DNA of 64,000 nucleotides. Source: a virus (Duplodnaviria > Caudoviricetes). Position 1 is the stretch's first letter. Each line of letters opens with the position of its first letter. The stretch is from positions 1,734 through 65,733 of the IMG/VR virus record IMGVR_UViG_3300014205_000228; one strand, 5' to 3'. Positions 23,633 to 34,464 of this stretch are shown here, piece by piece. Below the pieces are notes generated by a model. It saw only the letters and a list, made by a program, of their open reading frames with translations, did no database searches and was not told the origin of the DNA. Made by a program: the position numbers and the translations under genes.

Positions 23633-24269
23633 TAACGCTTACTGCCCATGCTGAGTATGCTTTATCAACGGCCCATATAGCGGCCCAGTCCCAGATGATT
23701 ATCTCATTAGACACATCGGGATCGGTAGCGTCAATTCTCCTGATCCGTGCCTGTAACATATTTCCGGCCTCTAATGGATTACTCACATCATTTGCATCGA
23801 AGTTAAAGAAAATAAAGTACGTATCATATGCATCGTTTCTTCCTGTAATTACTATCTGCTCAGATACTGACGTAGAAACTGTTTCAGATATTACATTTCC
23901 TTTTGCGGAAACTTGCCATCCAAGTTGAAACTTGAAGTAATCACCTACGGTTTCACCTGCTGATAGAGATACGCACATTCCGAACTGAGGATCTGTAGTA
24001 CCATCCCATCGAAAAGGAATCCTACATCGGAAAAACAGTTCTTCATCATCGCTATTATAAATAGGCATCGAGTAGCCAACATTGACTCCACGATACACTT
24101 CCGTAGGTTTTCCAAGAAACTTACTGGCTTTCTGGATGAGATTGGGACGTAATTGAAGTTTACGCAGACCAGACCCAGAGAAAGATATGGGAGTAGGACC
24201 AGTCAGGGTAATATCCGACAAAGACTGCCCGCTATTCTGGAAACCATGTATAAGAGTTCCGGTTGCCAT
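23622..24269 (-). CDS. virion/tail-associated protein
   Basis: Position in tail-fibre block. Confidence 0.6.
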   Translation of the reverse strand: MATGTLIHGFQNSGQSLSDITLTGPTPISFSGSGLRKLQLRPNLIQKASKFLGKPTEVYRGVNVGYSMPIYNSDDEELFFRCRIPFRWDGTTDPQFGMCVSLSAGETVGDYFKFQLGWQVSAKGNVISETVSTSVSEQIVITGRNDAYDTYFIFFNFDANDVSNPLEAGNMLQARIRRIDATDPDVSNEIIIWDWAAIWAVDKAYSAWAVSVNDT

Positions 24270-24273
24270 ATTA

Positions 24274-25656
24274 TTAGTACATCACTCCCATGTAGTACAT
24301 CGTGCCTGTGGTTAAGGTTCCCGCTCCTGTAGCCTCAATCTTGTATTCATAAATCCCGTTTGCATCTACAGTTACCCACATGGGAGCCGAGTAAGCATAA
24401 AGTGAATTAGCAAGACCACCGCAGCTTATAGTAGCATCTACGTTGTTTCCGCTGTCTCCGTTCTTCCTAAAGGACATATAGGAAGCGCCAGCAGCAGATC
24501 CAGAGTCCATGCACGAACCCCTAAAATATACTCTCTTGACACCTTTGGGAATGACAAGATACGAATCGACTTCAACCGAGATATCCGTGAAGTCCAAATC
24601 ACTATAAACCCCTGCACCAGCATGAGTCTTGGCGTTCTGGTGAGCCGAGAAATAGATGGTTTCACCGGGGATGGGTTGGAAGTTTCCTATACCGATAGTC
24701 TTTCCAAATACTCCCATAGGCTGAGTCATATACCAATCGCCTGATGTCTGAATGACCTTAATCCCGAAAGGCTTAACGTAGGTAATATCAGATGCAAAAG
24801 TGTATGGCATCTCCGCCCACCAGAAGGTTCCGTCTCCCGGATGAATCCAAGCAGAATCTCGGTCGCTTCCATCATTGATAGTAAGGGCAAGATGATTTGC
24901 TGTAGAGGTTTTAAGATAGCATCCTATTGTAATTGTCTTTCCTGCAAACCGGGCAACAAAATTAGGATCTGCCTGCAAGCCTCCACCATTCCAGTAAATC
25001 CTCCCTGCTGCTGTAGGAGAGCCTTTGATAGAATAGAACGTGCCTCCGAGAGTATTCGCGCCTACCGATTCTCTGTACAAGTTGGCTCCTGAATATTTAG
25101 TCCAATCTTCCATAGCCTGAACATCTGCTGCAATATAAGCTGGAGTTTTCTCGAAACAGATACAAGTGTCAAACAACATTGTTCCTGCGGTGGCGTTGTT
25201 CTTAACAATCCAGACATCAACGGATGTGGTGAGAGGTTTAAAGTAGCACTCGCAATCCGCAAAACTATCCGTAGTGTTCCCGTAAGATACACCGATCTGA
25301 GTAGCCCCTTCATAGACCATCAGCCCTCCGAAACCGGCCCCACTGGTTCCAGATTTGCGTTTTACCGCGACTCGATAGGTATGCCCCGCAACAACGGTAA
25401 GTGCCTGCTTGGCGTATTGAAGAGAACCGCCTGTCATGGTTATCTCAAGACACTTACCAGCATCACCGCCATCAATAGCAGCGATAGTACAATCTACGGC
25501 GGTCCAGTTTGCCGTGTCAGTTGAGAATGTTCCGTTGGCTATAAGGTCTGCGCCTACGTTTTCATTGGTAGAACCGGAAAATACACCAAGACGAGAATTG
25601 GTAATGAAATTACCGCCTATAAAATCACTACTACCGCCCATTACTTTAGTTCCCAT
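24274..25656 (-). CDS. tail fibre / receptor-binding protein with carbohydrate-binding-like modules
   Basis: LIANGTFS...W...CT...DGG..CL module; G/T/A-rich beta-strand composition. Confidence 0.7.
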   Translation of the reverse strand: MGTKVMGGSSDFIGGNFITNSRLGVFSGSTNENVGADLIANGTFSTDTANWTAVDCTIAAIDGGDAGKCLEITMTGGSLQYAKQALTVVAGHTYRVAVKRKSGTSGAGFGGLMVYEGATQIGVSYGNTTDSFADCECYFKPLTTSVDVWIVKNNATAGTMLFDTCICFEKTPAYIAADVQAMEDWTKYSGANLYRESVGANTLGGTFYSIKGSPTAAGRIYWNGGGLQADPNFVARFAGKTITIGCYLKTSTANHLALTINDGSDRDSAWIHPGDGTFWWAEMPYTFASDITYVKPFGIKVIQTSGDWYMTQPMGVFGKTIGIGNFQPIPGETIYFSAHQNAKTHAGAGVYSDLDFTDISVEVDSYLVIPKGVKRVYFRGSCMDSGSAAGASYMSFRKNGDSGNNVDATISCGGLANSLYAYSAPMWVTVDANGIYEYKIEATGAGTLTTGTMYYMGVMY

Positions 25657-25666
25657 TTAGTCCTCC

Positions 25667-26140
25667 TTATGCAAATGTGAGCGATCCATCGCCACACACC
25701 AGCTGGATAACAGTTGCAGAATTAACTCTCCAAGTCATACTCCCATATGCACTACCAGCCAGGGATACTGTCCCACCATCGGAGGTAGTCTGTCCAGACG
25801 CAACTGCATATACCCCTAAAGGGAGATCCATGATCACTTTGCCTGCGCCTGTACCATTTTTGCTAATGGTGAAATGTTTCCCTACATCAGCGGCTACAGG
25901 AGCTGCAAATGTCACTGTCTGATCTGAACTATGGTTAGCGCACCATGTATGAGGGATGGTAGTCATATCCGCAAACAGGATCGTGGAAGGTGTAGCTGTG
26001 CCCAAATCGGTATAGGCATAGACCATACTTGCTAAATTTATCTTTTTACTCGCAGCTCCTGCATCCGAAACGCTGAAATAGTCGGCGGTATTGTTAAGTT
26101 GTCCTGCTGTGAGTTCTGTGTATGTAGAGACTTTAGCCAT
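25667..26140 (-). CDS. tail fibre-associated protein
   Basis: MAKVSTYTELTA N-terminus typical of fibre proteins. Confidence 0.6.
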   Translation of the reverse strand: MAKVSTYTELTAGQLNNTADYFSVSDAGAASKKINLASMVYAYTDLGTATPSTILFADMTTIPHTWCANHSSDQTVTFAAPVAADVGKHFTISKNGTGAGKVIMDLPLGVYAVASGQTTSDGGTVSLAGSAYGSMTWRVNSATVIQLVCGDGSLTFA

Positions 26141-26153
26141 TGTTATGTCCTCC

Positions 26154-27998
26154 TTAGTCCTCTGTTAAAATTGCACCTGCGTCATCAAGCAGGAATAACC
26201 CTGCGTCATCAAGTAAAGCACCTGCTGTGGTATCTGTTTGTCCAGTGCGATAGACACGAACTTTAACAATTTGATTGCTGTCAAATCCCGCATCTACTGA
26301 CTTCATGTTTCGGGTAGTCCCGCCCATAGCGGAGACGAGATGGAGGCCGGTGGTTGGGATGTCGAGGTATTTCTTTAACGATACTGTATCGAACAAACTG
26401 AACAATCCAGCAGTATTTTGGTCGTTACTTCCGACTAATCCCACACTTGCTGTTGTAGTTTTTGCAGTAAAATTTTTGGTGTATGTGGCCCACGCCGCGT
26501 TATTGTGCGCATTGTTATGATAATCAAAACCGCCAGAGGTGCTTCCTATGCTGATATAACAAATAGGAGCCGTACCTTTCTTATACGCAGTTGATTCTTT
26601 ATACAAAGCTCCGACACTTACAGTGCTGTTGCAATATGTAGTTGGATATACTTGCACAGGGTTGTTGGTTTCGAGTTTGAGGCATACATCATATGGTGCC
26701 CCATCTCCACTATCCGTTATTGTATGCACACCAACTTTCCCAGATGCTGTGTTCCATCCGGTGGGGGGAGTTGTACCAGTTGCGCCAGTCCATGCAGTTC
26801 CGTTAGCAACGAGTTCACTATCCAAACTCTCCCCGCCACCCTGCGCCGCTGCATAGGCCATAGCGCACTTCCCCGCAGCGTCCTCGAATACCAGTTCATA
26901 GGGGGTAACACCTGCATCGTCGCCAGCGTAGGTGGAGAAGTCCACTGAGTCGTGGAAGAACATTGCCCCACCATCTACTGTGGCGAGATGGAGGGTGCCG
27001 CTTACCGTCTCTTGATTGAGTATCAGCGTCCCATACGCCTGACGGGAGATTATGTGGTAGGTGTAGCCTGAGGCATCGTTATAGTTGAAATTGGCATCCT
27101 TGACTCCCCAATTATAGGTTGCGCCTCCGGGGGCGTTGGTGATGGTTACGCCGGTGGAGGAGGGGGTGAGGACTTGTTTGAAGGAAAACTCATCAACCAA
27201 TACATCCTTTCCATTTTCAGACGAGCCATAATAAGCCGCATAAATATTGCCATTACCCTGTATTATGGTTCTGTATGCTGTTCTTAAACTCCACGCTGCC
27301 CCCGTTGCATAGAGAATTATATTCCCATGCGTAGGGGCTAACCAGAAAGAAAGTGTTTTACTTGCAGCAGAACCATTTTTTATGTAAACCGATTCTATAT
27401 ATAACCCTTTATTATTTACTGAGACCGGCCGTAGAACCCCTCCACTTCCTCCGGTAGAGGTAGCCAATAATGACAAACAAGTACCAACTTGACCGTCCGC
27501 TACAATAGTTGGTGTACAGGCATCTACTGTCCACCCTGTGGGGCGTTGGATTGTTATCACCCCCGTGGCTCCCGAAGGAACACCAGTGATTGTCTCTCCT
27601 GCTGCAAAAGTTCCTGATACACCAGACAAGACAAGGATGCCTCCACCAACTGAAACAAATGTGCCTGTGGCTAAACTCGTCCCCCCCGACACCATATCCC
27701 CTGCTGCGAACGATCCCGAAGGTGTCCCAAAAATAATACTGACACTGGAAAAATCACCATTTGTAATAAGTTCAGATCCAAATGTCTCCCCCGTTCCCGC
27801 TGCCTTGATAAACCCGCCTATCTTCCTCTTTGCCGAGTCGAATATCTCAACGAAGTCATTATTGCGGATATTATCAGCAGAGAACGCCGAAGCAGAGAAG
27901 TCCACAAAGGCTGTACCGTCAACAGCGGATATCTTCATGTTGGCCTGAGTGACGGCGGTCGGACCTTTGATTATGGGATTCCCTTCTTCCCTACTCAT
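26154..27998 (-). CDS. tail fibre/spike protein with internal duplication
   Basis: Two similar halves, each with SELITNG/SELVANG module. Confidence 0.7.
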   Translation of the reverse strand: MSREEGNPIIKGPTAVTQANMKISAVDGTAFVDFSASAFSADNIRNNDFVEIFDSAKRKIGGFIKAAGTGETFGSELITNGDFSSVSIIFGTPSGSFAAGDMVSGGTSLATGTFVSVGGGILVLSGVSGTFAAGETITGVPSGATGVITIQRPTGWTVDACTPTIVADGQVGTCLSLLATSTGGSGGVLRPVSVNNKGLYIESVYIKNGSAASKTLSFWLAPTHGNIILYATGAAWSLRTAYRTIIQGNGNIYAAYYGSSENGKDVLVDEFSFKQVLTPSSTGVTITNAPGGATYNWGVKDANFNYNDASGYTYHIISRQAYGTLILNQETVSGTLHLATVDGGAMFFHDSVDFSTYAGDDAGVTPYELVFEDAAGKCAMAYAAAQGGGESLDSELVANGTAWTGATGTTPPTGWNTASGKVGVHTITDSGDGAPYDVCLKLETNNPVQVYPTTYCNSTVSVGALYKESTAYKKGTAPICYISIGSTSGGFDYHNNAHNNAAWATYTKNFTAKTTTASVGLVGSNDQNTAGLFSLFDTVSLKKYLDIPTTGLHLVSAMGGTTRNMKSVDAGFDSNQIVKVRVYRTGQTDTTAGALLDDAGLFLLDDAGAILTED

Positions 27999-28933
27999 TA
28001 CGCACCCCCATCAACCGCTACATGATTTACAGATGTGATAACATAGGTTCCGGCAGCGTAGCACTTGACAACCATTCTGGCTCTTTTAGAACCATCTGAG
28101 GTTGCCTTGTTTCCTGCTGCGAGAGAAGTCCCATTAAGTTCAATAACGTCTGTCCCCGTAACAGGATCAAGTGAATACACCGCTGCGGTAGTCGCCTCTA
28201 CGATGCAGTTATATCCTGCTACTGCGGTAGGTAAGGTGGGTGTATATGCTCCGGTAACGAGAAGGGTCTGTCCTCTCATCTCGGCAGCAAGGATGGCTCT
28301 TGAAGAATCGACGTTGACAGAGGTTATGGGACTAAAAACAGTAGCCGCTAAGGTTGTAACGCTTGGATTTGCTGACCATACTGGATCTGCCCCTGTCTGG
28401 CCGATAAGCACTTCACCCGTCGCGCCAACCGCTGTAGGGGTAACTGCACCCGTCCCTGATCCAAGCATAATACCGTGGTCGGTGATGGTAGCAAGTCCGG
28501 TTCCGCCCTGAGTTACGAGAACGGGAAGAGATGTGATTCCGAGATCAATTTCCACCCACGCCGTACCGTCCCATACCCAAGTCTGAGCTTTGCCAGCAAC
28601 AAGGGTGATACCGTTGACGATAATAGAAGAAGAAGATGTGTCGTTGTTTATAACTGTGAATCTCTTCCCCGCTGTAGTTACTGTGGGACTTCCTATCGTC
28701 TGTGCATTGTTGACATTTGTAGTTATCAGGACACCGTTGTTAGCATCGACAATGGCAGTGGTTGTGGCTGCGCTCACACCTGGATTTGTAGAAGTTGCAA
28801 AAGGTGCGTCAGTTATTAAAACGCCGCTTATTGCACCTCCAGTGACATTAATATTCGTGAACGTCTGCTGACCAATCCAGGTATGTGCATTCTTTAATAA
28901 TCTTGCAAGACTGTTCCAAGCAAAAGGTTTCAT
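27998..28933 (-). CDS. tail fibre protein
   Basis: VTQGGTG...DHGIMLGSGT, GEVLIGQTGADPVWS fibre-shaft motifs. Confidence 0.7.
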   Translation of the reverse strand: MKPFAWNSLARLLKNAHTWIGQQTFTNINVTGGAISGVLITDAPFATSTNPGVSAATTTAIVDANNGVLITTNVNNAQTIGSPTVTTAGKRFTVINNDTSSSSIIVNGITLVAGKAQTWVWDGTAWVEIDLGITSLPVLVTQGGTGLATITDHGIMLGSGTGAVTPTAVGATGEVLIGQTGADPVWSANPSVTTLAATVFSPITSVNVDSSRAILAAEMRGQTLLVTGAYTPTLPTAVAGYNCIVEATTAAVYSLDPVTGTDVIELNGTSLAAGNKATSDGSKRARMVVKCYAAGTYVITSVNHVAVDGGA

Positions 28934-28945
28934 ACATACGCCTCC

Positions 28946-29299
28946 TTAAAAAGATTTAAGTCTTGCGACTACCGTAATAGAATTAGATGTACCAGTTTCG
29001 GTAAACTTAATCTTAAACTGATTACAAGGAGTAACTTCAAAGTCAACCATATTTACTCCACTTGTGCCAGTAGATTTAGTTTGTGCAGAAGTAATATCTG
29101 AATCAATTTCTAAAAAGGTTGATCCATCGTTAGATACTAAAACCTCTGCCTTCATAGTACCATCACCTGTAACTGTCCATTGCAACGAAAAGAATCCTTG
29201 TAATTCTTGACAGTCATAAGCTTCAGTAGTGTATGATCCGCTCGCTGAGATTGTGCCTGTAGAGATAGAAACCGTGCTAGTATGTTTGAGCTTTATCAT
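28946..29299 (-). CDS. virion structural protein
   Basis: Beta-rich; start moved to ATG 29299 after GGAGG. Confidence 0.65.
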   Translation of the reverse strand: MIKLKHTSTVSISTGTISASGSYTTEAYDCQELQGFFSLQWTVTGDGTMKAEVLVSNDGSTFLEIDSDITSAQTKSTGTSGVNMVDFEVTPCNQFKIKFTETGTSNSITVVARLKSF

Positions 29300-29389
29300 T
29301 TTACTGTCCTCCATTTATGTAAGATCCGACCAAACATTGGACGGTACTTGATTATTTATTTAAAGATTCACCCAATAATTGGACGATTC

Positions 29390-32300
29390 TTAATCCACAT
29401 CTTTAACAGATGGTATGCCAAAGAAATATTGAAACTTACTATCTTTATATATTTCTGGAATATCATTCTTAGATAATCTCACCGCCTTATAAACAGAAGC
29501 AGGAAGAATACCGGAACCTAACCATTTACTAAAGAATTCTACAACAGCATTGGTCGAGTCATCCTTACTCATTAATGTACTGTAAGCAGCTCCCATTGCA
29601 GGATTCATAGCAAGACCTACGTTAGTATCTGTTGCTCTAGTAAAAGGAACATGAAACACTTGTGCACCTAAATTAACATCAGCAAGTTGTTTACCAGCAC
29701 CTACTACAGCTGCTGCAGTAAGAATAGTTCGCATTAACTGCCCTGCATACGACTTTCCGTTAAGATCTTTAGGAGCTAACAAAGCATCTTTAATTAAACC
29801 AACCTGAAAATTTCTTGCACCAGTTTCTATGTCACCTTTTAACTGTCTCATCAACTCTTTAGTAGCATCTGCAATAGCCCCTCCACCCTTTACAGCAGTA
29901 ATCATTCTTTGCTCAAATATCTTATACGGAGTACCCTGAAACAGGAATAAAAGTCTTGTTTTAGGATCTCTTAACCAACTAGGATTATGTACACCACTAA
30001 GAAAGTTGGCTTTAAGAATAGTATCATACACAAGATAACTTGCTTGCGCAGGAGTCATTCCTTGCTTAGCAGCCATTGAAACAGCAGACGCAAATGAAAA
30101 TGCCCTATCTGCTTTTTCAACATTATTTACTATAAAGTTAGCTTTACTGTTCCACCACATTAATCCCTCTTCAACAATATTTCTAGCTTGCGTTTGTGGT
30201 AACATATCACTAATAGTAAGATATAGATTCTGCGCTCCGATATGTGCTTTAGCCAAATCTGCTCTCATGTTAGCAGGAGCCTTCTTAAGAAGTTCTGCCA
30301 TTTTGAGATCTTTCCATATCGGAACAGCTTTAGGAAGATTTTCAAAAGCATTACCAAACCCACTAAGTGCAATATTTGCCATAACCTTCATCCCGTGCTT
30401 AAAGCCGACAGAAGGACTCAGTGAAATAAGTCTAGCTGCTTCAAACATCTGTGCAGTCATTGCAAGCTTGTTTAAACTTCCAAACTGATCAACAGGACTA
30501 AAACCTTTGGCAACACTCTCAAGGTAATCTACAGCACCTAAATTACCAGCTGCTCTTGCCTGTGCTAAAAATGGTCTCCACTCTTTCCAGAAAGATGCCA
30601 TTTCAATTCTCATATTAGCATCTGGAATATACCTATCCATAGCATAGTGAATATCTGGCATCATAGGGCGAGTATTAAATCCTCTCCTATGAAACGCTGA
30701 CATATCAATACCATGCCCGACAGTTGAGTCTAGATCGTTAGTAATACTACGTAACAACTTAAAATCAGTATCAGGATGTGCAACATAATGCATGAAGTCT
30801 TTACTAGAAATAACATCCATTCCAGACGCTACTGCTCTTTCACTGTATTGCCCGAGCATATTCTTAATCTTTGCTGCAGCAAGCATTTCATTGTGATTAA
30901 GGAATTGCTTAACCCAAGGATCTGCAGCATCCATACCTGAATTATTAGCAGCAAAGAATATTCTTGCAGATGGAAATTGTCTAGCAACTTCTCTGTCTAG
31001 TCCATCTAGAATCGTATTATATTCTTTAAGTGTATCATCATAACTGCTAAGTCTTTTTTGAACATTGTCTCTTTTTGCTGAAAAATCTGCAATCATTGCC
31101 AAATCTTCTTCATCAAGTTTTGATCCTCTTCTTATTTCGCGACTAAGTCTATCAATTGTACCTCCCTCTGAATTCTTATACTTACCAGAAAGAATCTTAT
31201 CATACAAAGATAATTGATTATTAAGATCACTAACTTCACGAAGAGGAACCTGAAATCGCTCGACAACTGGTTTATATATTTCCCTAATTTCTTTACTCGA
31301 AGATGTTATACCTTTAAGCATATTAGAAACTGCAATTTTGGATGCTTCCGTAATACCTAAAGCAGTTGTAGTCTTTGCTGCAATAATAGGACTTGCACTA
31401 GAAAAAGGTTTAAAGAGAAATTGTGCAACAGCTTGAGGTGTCATTATCGTAGACAGAAAACGACTAAATCCCTTCTTCACTTGAAGATCCTCAAAAGGAC
31501 TAGGCATCCTTCCATGAAGATCTGAGAAATTTATTGATTTTTGATAAGCAGTAATTCCATCCTTTGCTTCGTTTAATATAGTAGAATGATAACCCTTTTC
31601 CATCATACTCTTCATTAAGACTTCTTCTGTCACCTTAGGATTAAGTGCCTTCATAGCCTGCTTAGCAATCATATCAGGAATCACGCCAGCTTCTGATGTC
31701 TCAACTCCCGGTCCACCCAGTAACACACTACCAGCAATAATAGGAACAGTTGACCATAACCCAAGTTTACCGTACTTAGACATTATAGCGGCAGAGTCTG
31801 CACCTTTCTTAATATCGTTTGCGATGGCTTTCTTTAAGCCAGCAGTATCACCTTGTGTCAACTTAAGTACTTCTTTAGTTGTACTGTCAAGTTCAGTCTG
31901 CACCATCTTGCGATAACTATCAGTATTAGTCATCGCCTCAAGTTTAGACACAACCTCACCTGATAGTTTGCCATTACCATTAAGCATATAATGACCCAAC
32001 GCAGCACGATATCTCTCACTATCTCCTGCATTAATTGCGCCTGTTAACTCATCAGTAAGTTTAGTAATAAATTCAGGTGTTTCTACTTTGTTACCTTTGA
32101 ATTCAAATAAAGATCTGTCTTTAGGGGGAAGAATACCTTTGTTACGTATTGCAGTCTCTAAAGGGGTCATATATAAAGAGTGTGTAGCATCGTCTAAAAT
32201 ACCCTGTGTCTTCGCTGTGTTAAGTTCTTGCACTCTTCCAAGCAACTCTTTCTTAGACATGGTTTCATAGGCAAGTGGATTTTCATAGTCATACACATGC

Positions 32301-33739
32301 TTTTCTGCCAACGCATCAAACTTCTTTGCATTTGCAGACATCTCCTGCACAATGCCTATAGGATTAAAATTTCTATCTTTAGGAATTAAAGTACTGTATC
32401 CAGATACGTTCTCTCTTGACAACTGTTCAGGAGAGAAAGCACCTTTTGTAAGTCGAAGTTCGTCTAAAATACTCTGGCCTGTTTTTGCTACTTCTTCTGC
32501 AGACATCCCAGGAGTTACACGTTCTCCAAGTAAACGATTATAGTCGACACTATGACTAATAGCGTCATCTTCAATCTTTGTCATTTTAGTCACAGCATCT
32601 TTTGCGTATCTTGTTTCTAACACATCAGCAGTGGCGTCTGCATGTGACATGCCTTTTGCTGTATTATCAAGATACTGTTTTGTCATTACCTCATCAAACT
32701 TAGGAACAGCTGCTTTCATCTCAGTTGAAGCAAATTCTCTATCCCAAAGACTTGTTAAATCTCTAGCAATATCTGCACGTTTACCTTCAAAACTAAGAAG
32801 ATTCTTTATAGATGGATCTTTTATTACATCACCACCAGCAGTATTTAAAGCATCCCAACTACCTTTAAAGTTAGTAAGCAATTTTGAACCTGCTTTCAAC
32901 AATCCTGCATCAACACCTGCACCTGCAGCACCTGCAACTAGCATACTGGTAATAGGTCTTTCCTTTGCCCAGTCAGTTTCTTTAAGAATATTATGTGCTG
33001 TGTCGAAAACAGCAAAAGAGGGAATCGCAGTTAATGCTGCTTTACCTGCCGTTCCAAGTAAAGTAGAACCTGCTTTTGTTGCGAGTGTCTTTGCTAACCA
33101 TCCTGCAATACCTGCCCCTATAGTACGCCCAGCAGTTCCTCCCGCAACAGTTCCAGCAGGACCTGCAACACTGCCTGCCAGCGCACCAACTCCTGCACCA
33201 AGCAAAGACATACCAGCGCCGAATCCAGCGGAGACAAGAGGATTAGTCCATTCCCATTTGTTCTCTGTCTGCTTAGGATCTGCTGCCCACTTCTCGTAGC
33301 CAGGTGCAATTGCCACATCAGAAGAACCGAGTAAATTAGATTTCTTTTCTCTAATATAATGATATAACTTATCATCAGCATTTAAAGCTGATGTTCTATT
33401 CCAGTATTCTCTTGACAATGCCTCTGCTGGATGCATACCAGGATTTGCTGCAATGATATTAGCAGAATCGTAATATATCTTAGAAGCCAAACCTTTCCTT
33501 GGATCATCATCAGGCATTGCTTTTTCAATCTTATCTAATGATGCACCAACAGGAATCTTTGCACCTGCTTTTTCAGGAAGAGTTCCATGCGCCCAGTGAG
33601 ATAGGATGCGCTCAACATTTCCAGGATCAGAAAGATAAGCACCTCGCTCTTTTGCAATCCTATCTTGCTCTGCTATTCTTTGTCCGAGAACATGCGAGAC
33701 AATAGGACTAGGTTTCATCAATTCTTCAAGCATTGACAT
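29390..33739 (-). CDS. large internal virion (ejection) protein
   Basis: 1449 aa, Ala/Gly-rich hydrophobic N-terminal segments, position typical of podovirus ejection proteins. Confidence 0.7.
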   Translation of the reverse strand: MSMLEELMKPSPIVSHVLGQRIAEQDRIAKERGAYLSDPGNVERILSHWAHGTLPEKAGAKIPVGASLDKIEKAMPDDDPRKGLASKIYYDSANIIAANPGMHPAEALSREYWNRTSALNADDKLYHYIREKKSNLLGSSDVAIAPGYEKWAADPKQTENKWEWTNPLVSAGFGAGMSLLGAGVGALAGSVAGPAGTVAGGTAGRTIGAGIAGWLAKTLATKAGSTLLGTAGKAALTAIPSFAVFDTAHNILKETDWAKERPITSMLVAGAAGAGVDAGLLKAGSKLLTNFKGSWDALNTAGGDVIKDPSIKNLLSFEGKRADIARDLTSLWDREFASTEMKAAVPKFDEVMTKQYLDNTAKGMSHADATADVLETRYAKDAVTKMTKIEDDAISHSVDYNRLLGERVTPGMSAEEVAKTGQSILDELRLTKGAFSPEQLSRENVSGYSTLIPKDRNFNPIGIVQEMSANAKKFDALAEKHVYDYENPLAYETMSKKELLGRVQELNTAKTQGILDDATHSLYMTPLETAIRNKGILPPKDRSLFEFKGNKVETPEFITKLTDELTGAINAGDSERYRAALGHYMLNGNGKLSGEVVSKLEAMTNTDSYRKMVQTELDSTTKEVLKLTQGDTAGLKKAIANDIKKGADSAAIMSKYGKLGLWSTVPIIAGSVLLGGPGVETSEAGVIPDMIAKQAMKALNPKVTEEVLMKSMMEKGYHSTILNEAKDGITAYQKSINFSDLHGRMPSPFEDLQVKKGFSRFLSTIMTPQAVAQFLFKPFSSASPIIAAKTTTALGITEASKIAVSNMLKGITSSSKEIREIYKPVVERFQVPLREVSDLNNQLSLYDKILSGKYKNSEGGTIDRLSREIRRGSKLDEEDLAMIADFSAKRDNVQKRLSSYDDTLKEYNTILDGLDREVARQFPSARIFFAANNSGMDAADPWVKQFLNHNEMLAAAKIKNMLGQYSERAVASGMDVISSKDFMHYVAHPDTDFKLLRSITNDLDSTVGHGIDMSAFHRRGFNTRPMMPDIHYAMDRYIPDANMRIEMASFWKEWRPFLAQARAAGNLGAVDYLESVAKGFSPVDQFGSLNKLAMTAQMFEAARLISLSPSVGFKHGMKVMANIALSGFGNAFENLPKAVPIWKDLKMAELLKKAPANMRADLAKAHIGAQNLYLTISDMLPQTQARNIVEEGLMWWNSKANFIVNNVEKADRAFSFASAVSMAAKQGMTPAQASYLVYDTILKANFLSGVHNPSWLRDPKTRLLFLFQGTPYKIFEQRMITAVKGGGAIADATKELMRQLKGDIETGARNFQVGLIKDALLAPKDLNGKSYAGQLMRTILTAAAVVGAGKQLADVNLGAQVFHVPFTRATDTNVGLAMNPAMGAAYSTLMSKDDSTNAVVEFFSKWLGSGILPASVYKAVRLSKNDIPEIYKDSKFQYFFGIPSVKDVD

Positions 33740-33751
33740 GATATTCTCCTA

Positions 33752-34453
33752 CTACCGACTCCATCCTGACCAGTTTGCTACTGGAGCAGCAACTTCATTA
33801 AGAAATCTTCTAGGTGCCTCACCTATATTTCTGACACGTCTAGACATCCAGTTCATAGCAGGACTTTCCTCACCAAAAGGTTTCCATTTAGCGTTTTCTT
33901 TATCCAACTCATTATATAAGTCAGTAACTGGTTTTCCTGTGTACCAATCTGGACGACTTGGCTTAGCAATAGAAACAGTCGGTGAAGCAATACTAGAACC
34001 AGGAAGATTAGGATTTGCACTTCTAAGTACATTAAACTCAATGCCCTTCTGCCTACCAAGTAAAGAGTTACCTTCAGTATCTTTAAGTCCAGCAATCCAT
34101 GATGTAAGATCTGTATTATAGTTAGTACCTCTTGCTTGTGCGTTTTTCAAGTTAGCTTCAGCACTCCACAATGGTTGCTGCATTTGAGCTACCTTTTCTC
34201 CTGACGCAAAATGTCTGTCATACATACCACCAGGACCATATGTCATAGATGCTATCCTATCTGCAGAACCTCCAGTACCATATTGCATAGTAGCAACCCT
34301 GTCCATAGCGCCACCAGGACCATAATGCATAGAGTTAACATCTGTGTATAACTTATCCTTAGATAGTCTTCGCTGCGCATTAACATCCCTTATAGATTTA
34401 ACTAGATTATCAAACGATGCAATACTATTTTCAACATATTCAGCTGTGCGCAT
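33752..34453 (-). CDS. internal virion protein
   Basis: Three M(H/Q/T)YG(P/T)GG repeats; position. Confidence 0.6.
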   Translation of the reverse strand: MRTAEYVENSIASFDNLVKSIRDVNAQRRLSKDKLYTDVNSMHYGPGGAMDRVATMQYGTGGSADRIASMTYGPGGMYDRHFASGEKVAQMQQPLWSAEANLKNAQARGTNYNTDLTSWIAGLKDTEGNSLLGRQKGIEFNVLRSANPNLPGSSIASPTVSIAKPSRPDWYTGKPVTDLYNELDKENAKWKPFGEESPAMNWMSRRVRNIGEAPRRFLNEVAAPVANWSGWSR

Positions 34454-34464
34454 AATATACTCCC

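Noticed and set aside
23622-28933. Diversity-generating retroelement target
   Set aside because: No reverse transcriptase and no TR/VR pair differing at adenines were seen.
29390-33739. N4-like virion RNA polymerase
   Set aside because: Much shorter than N4 vRNAP and no T7-like polymerase motifs seen, despite the N4-type capsid.
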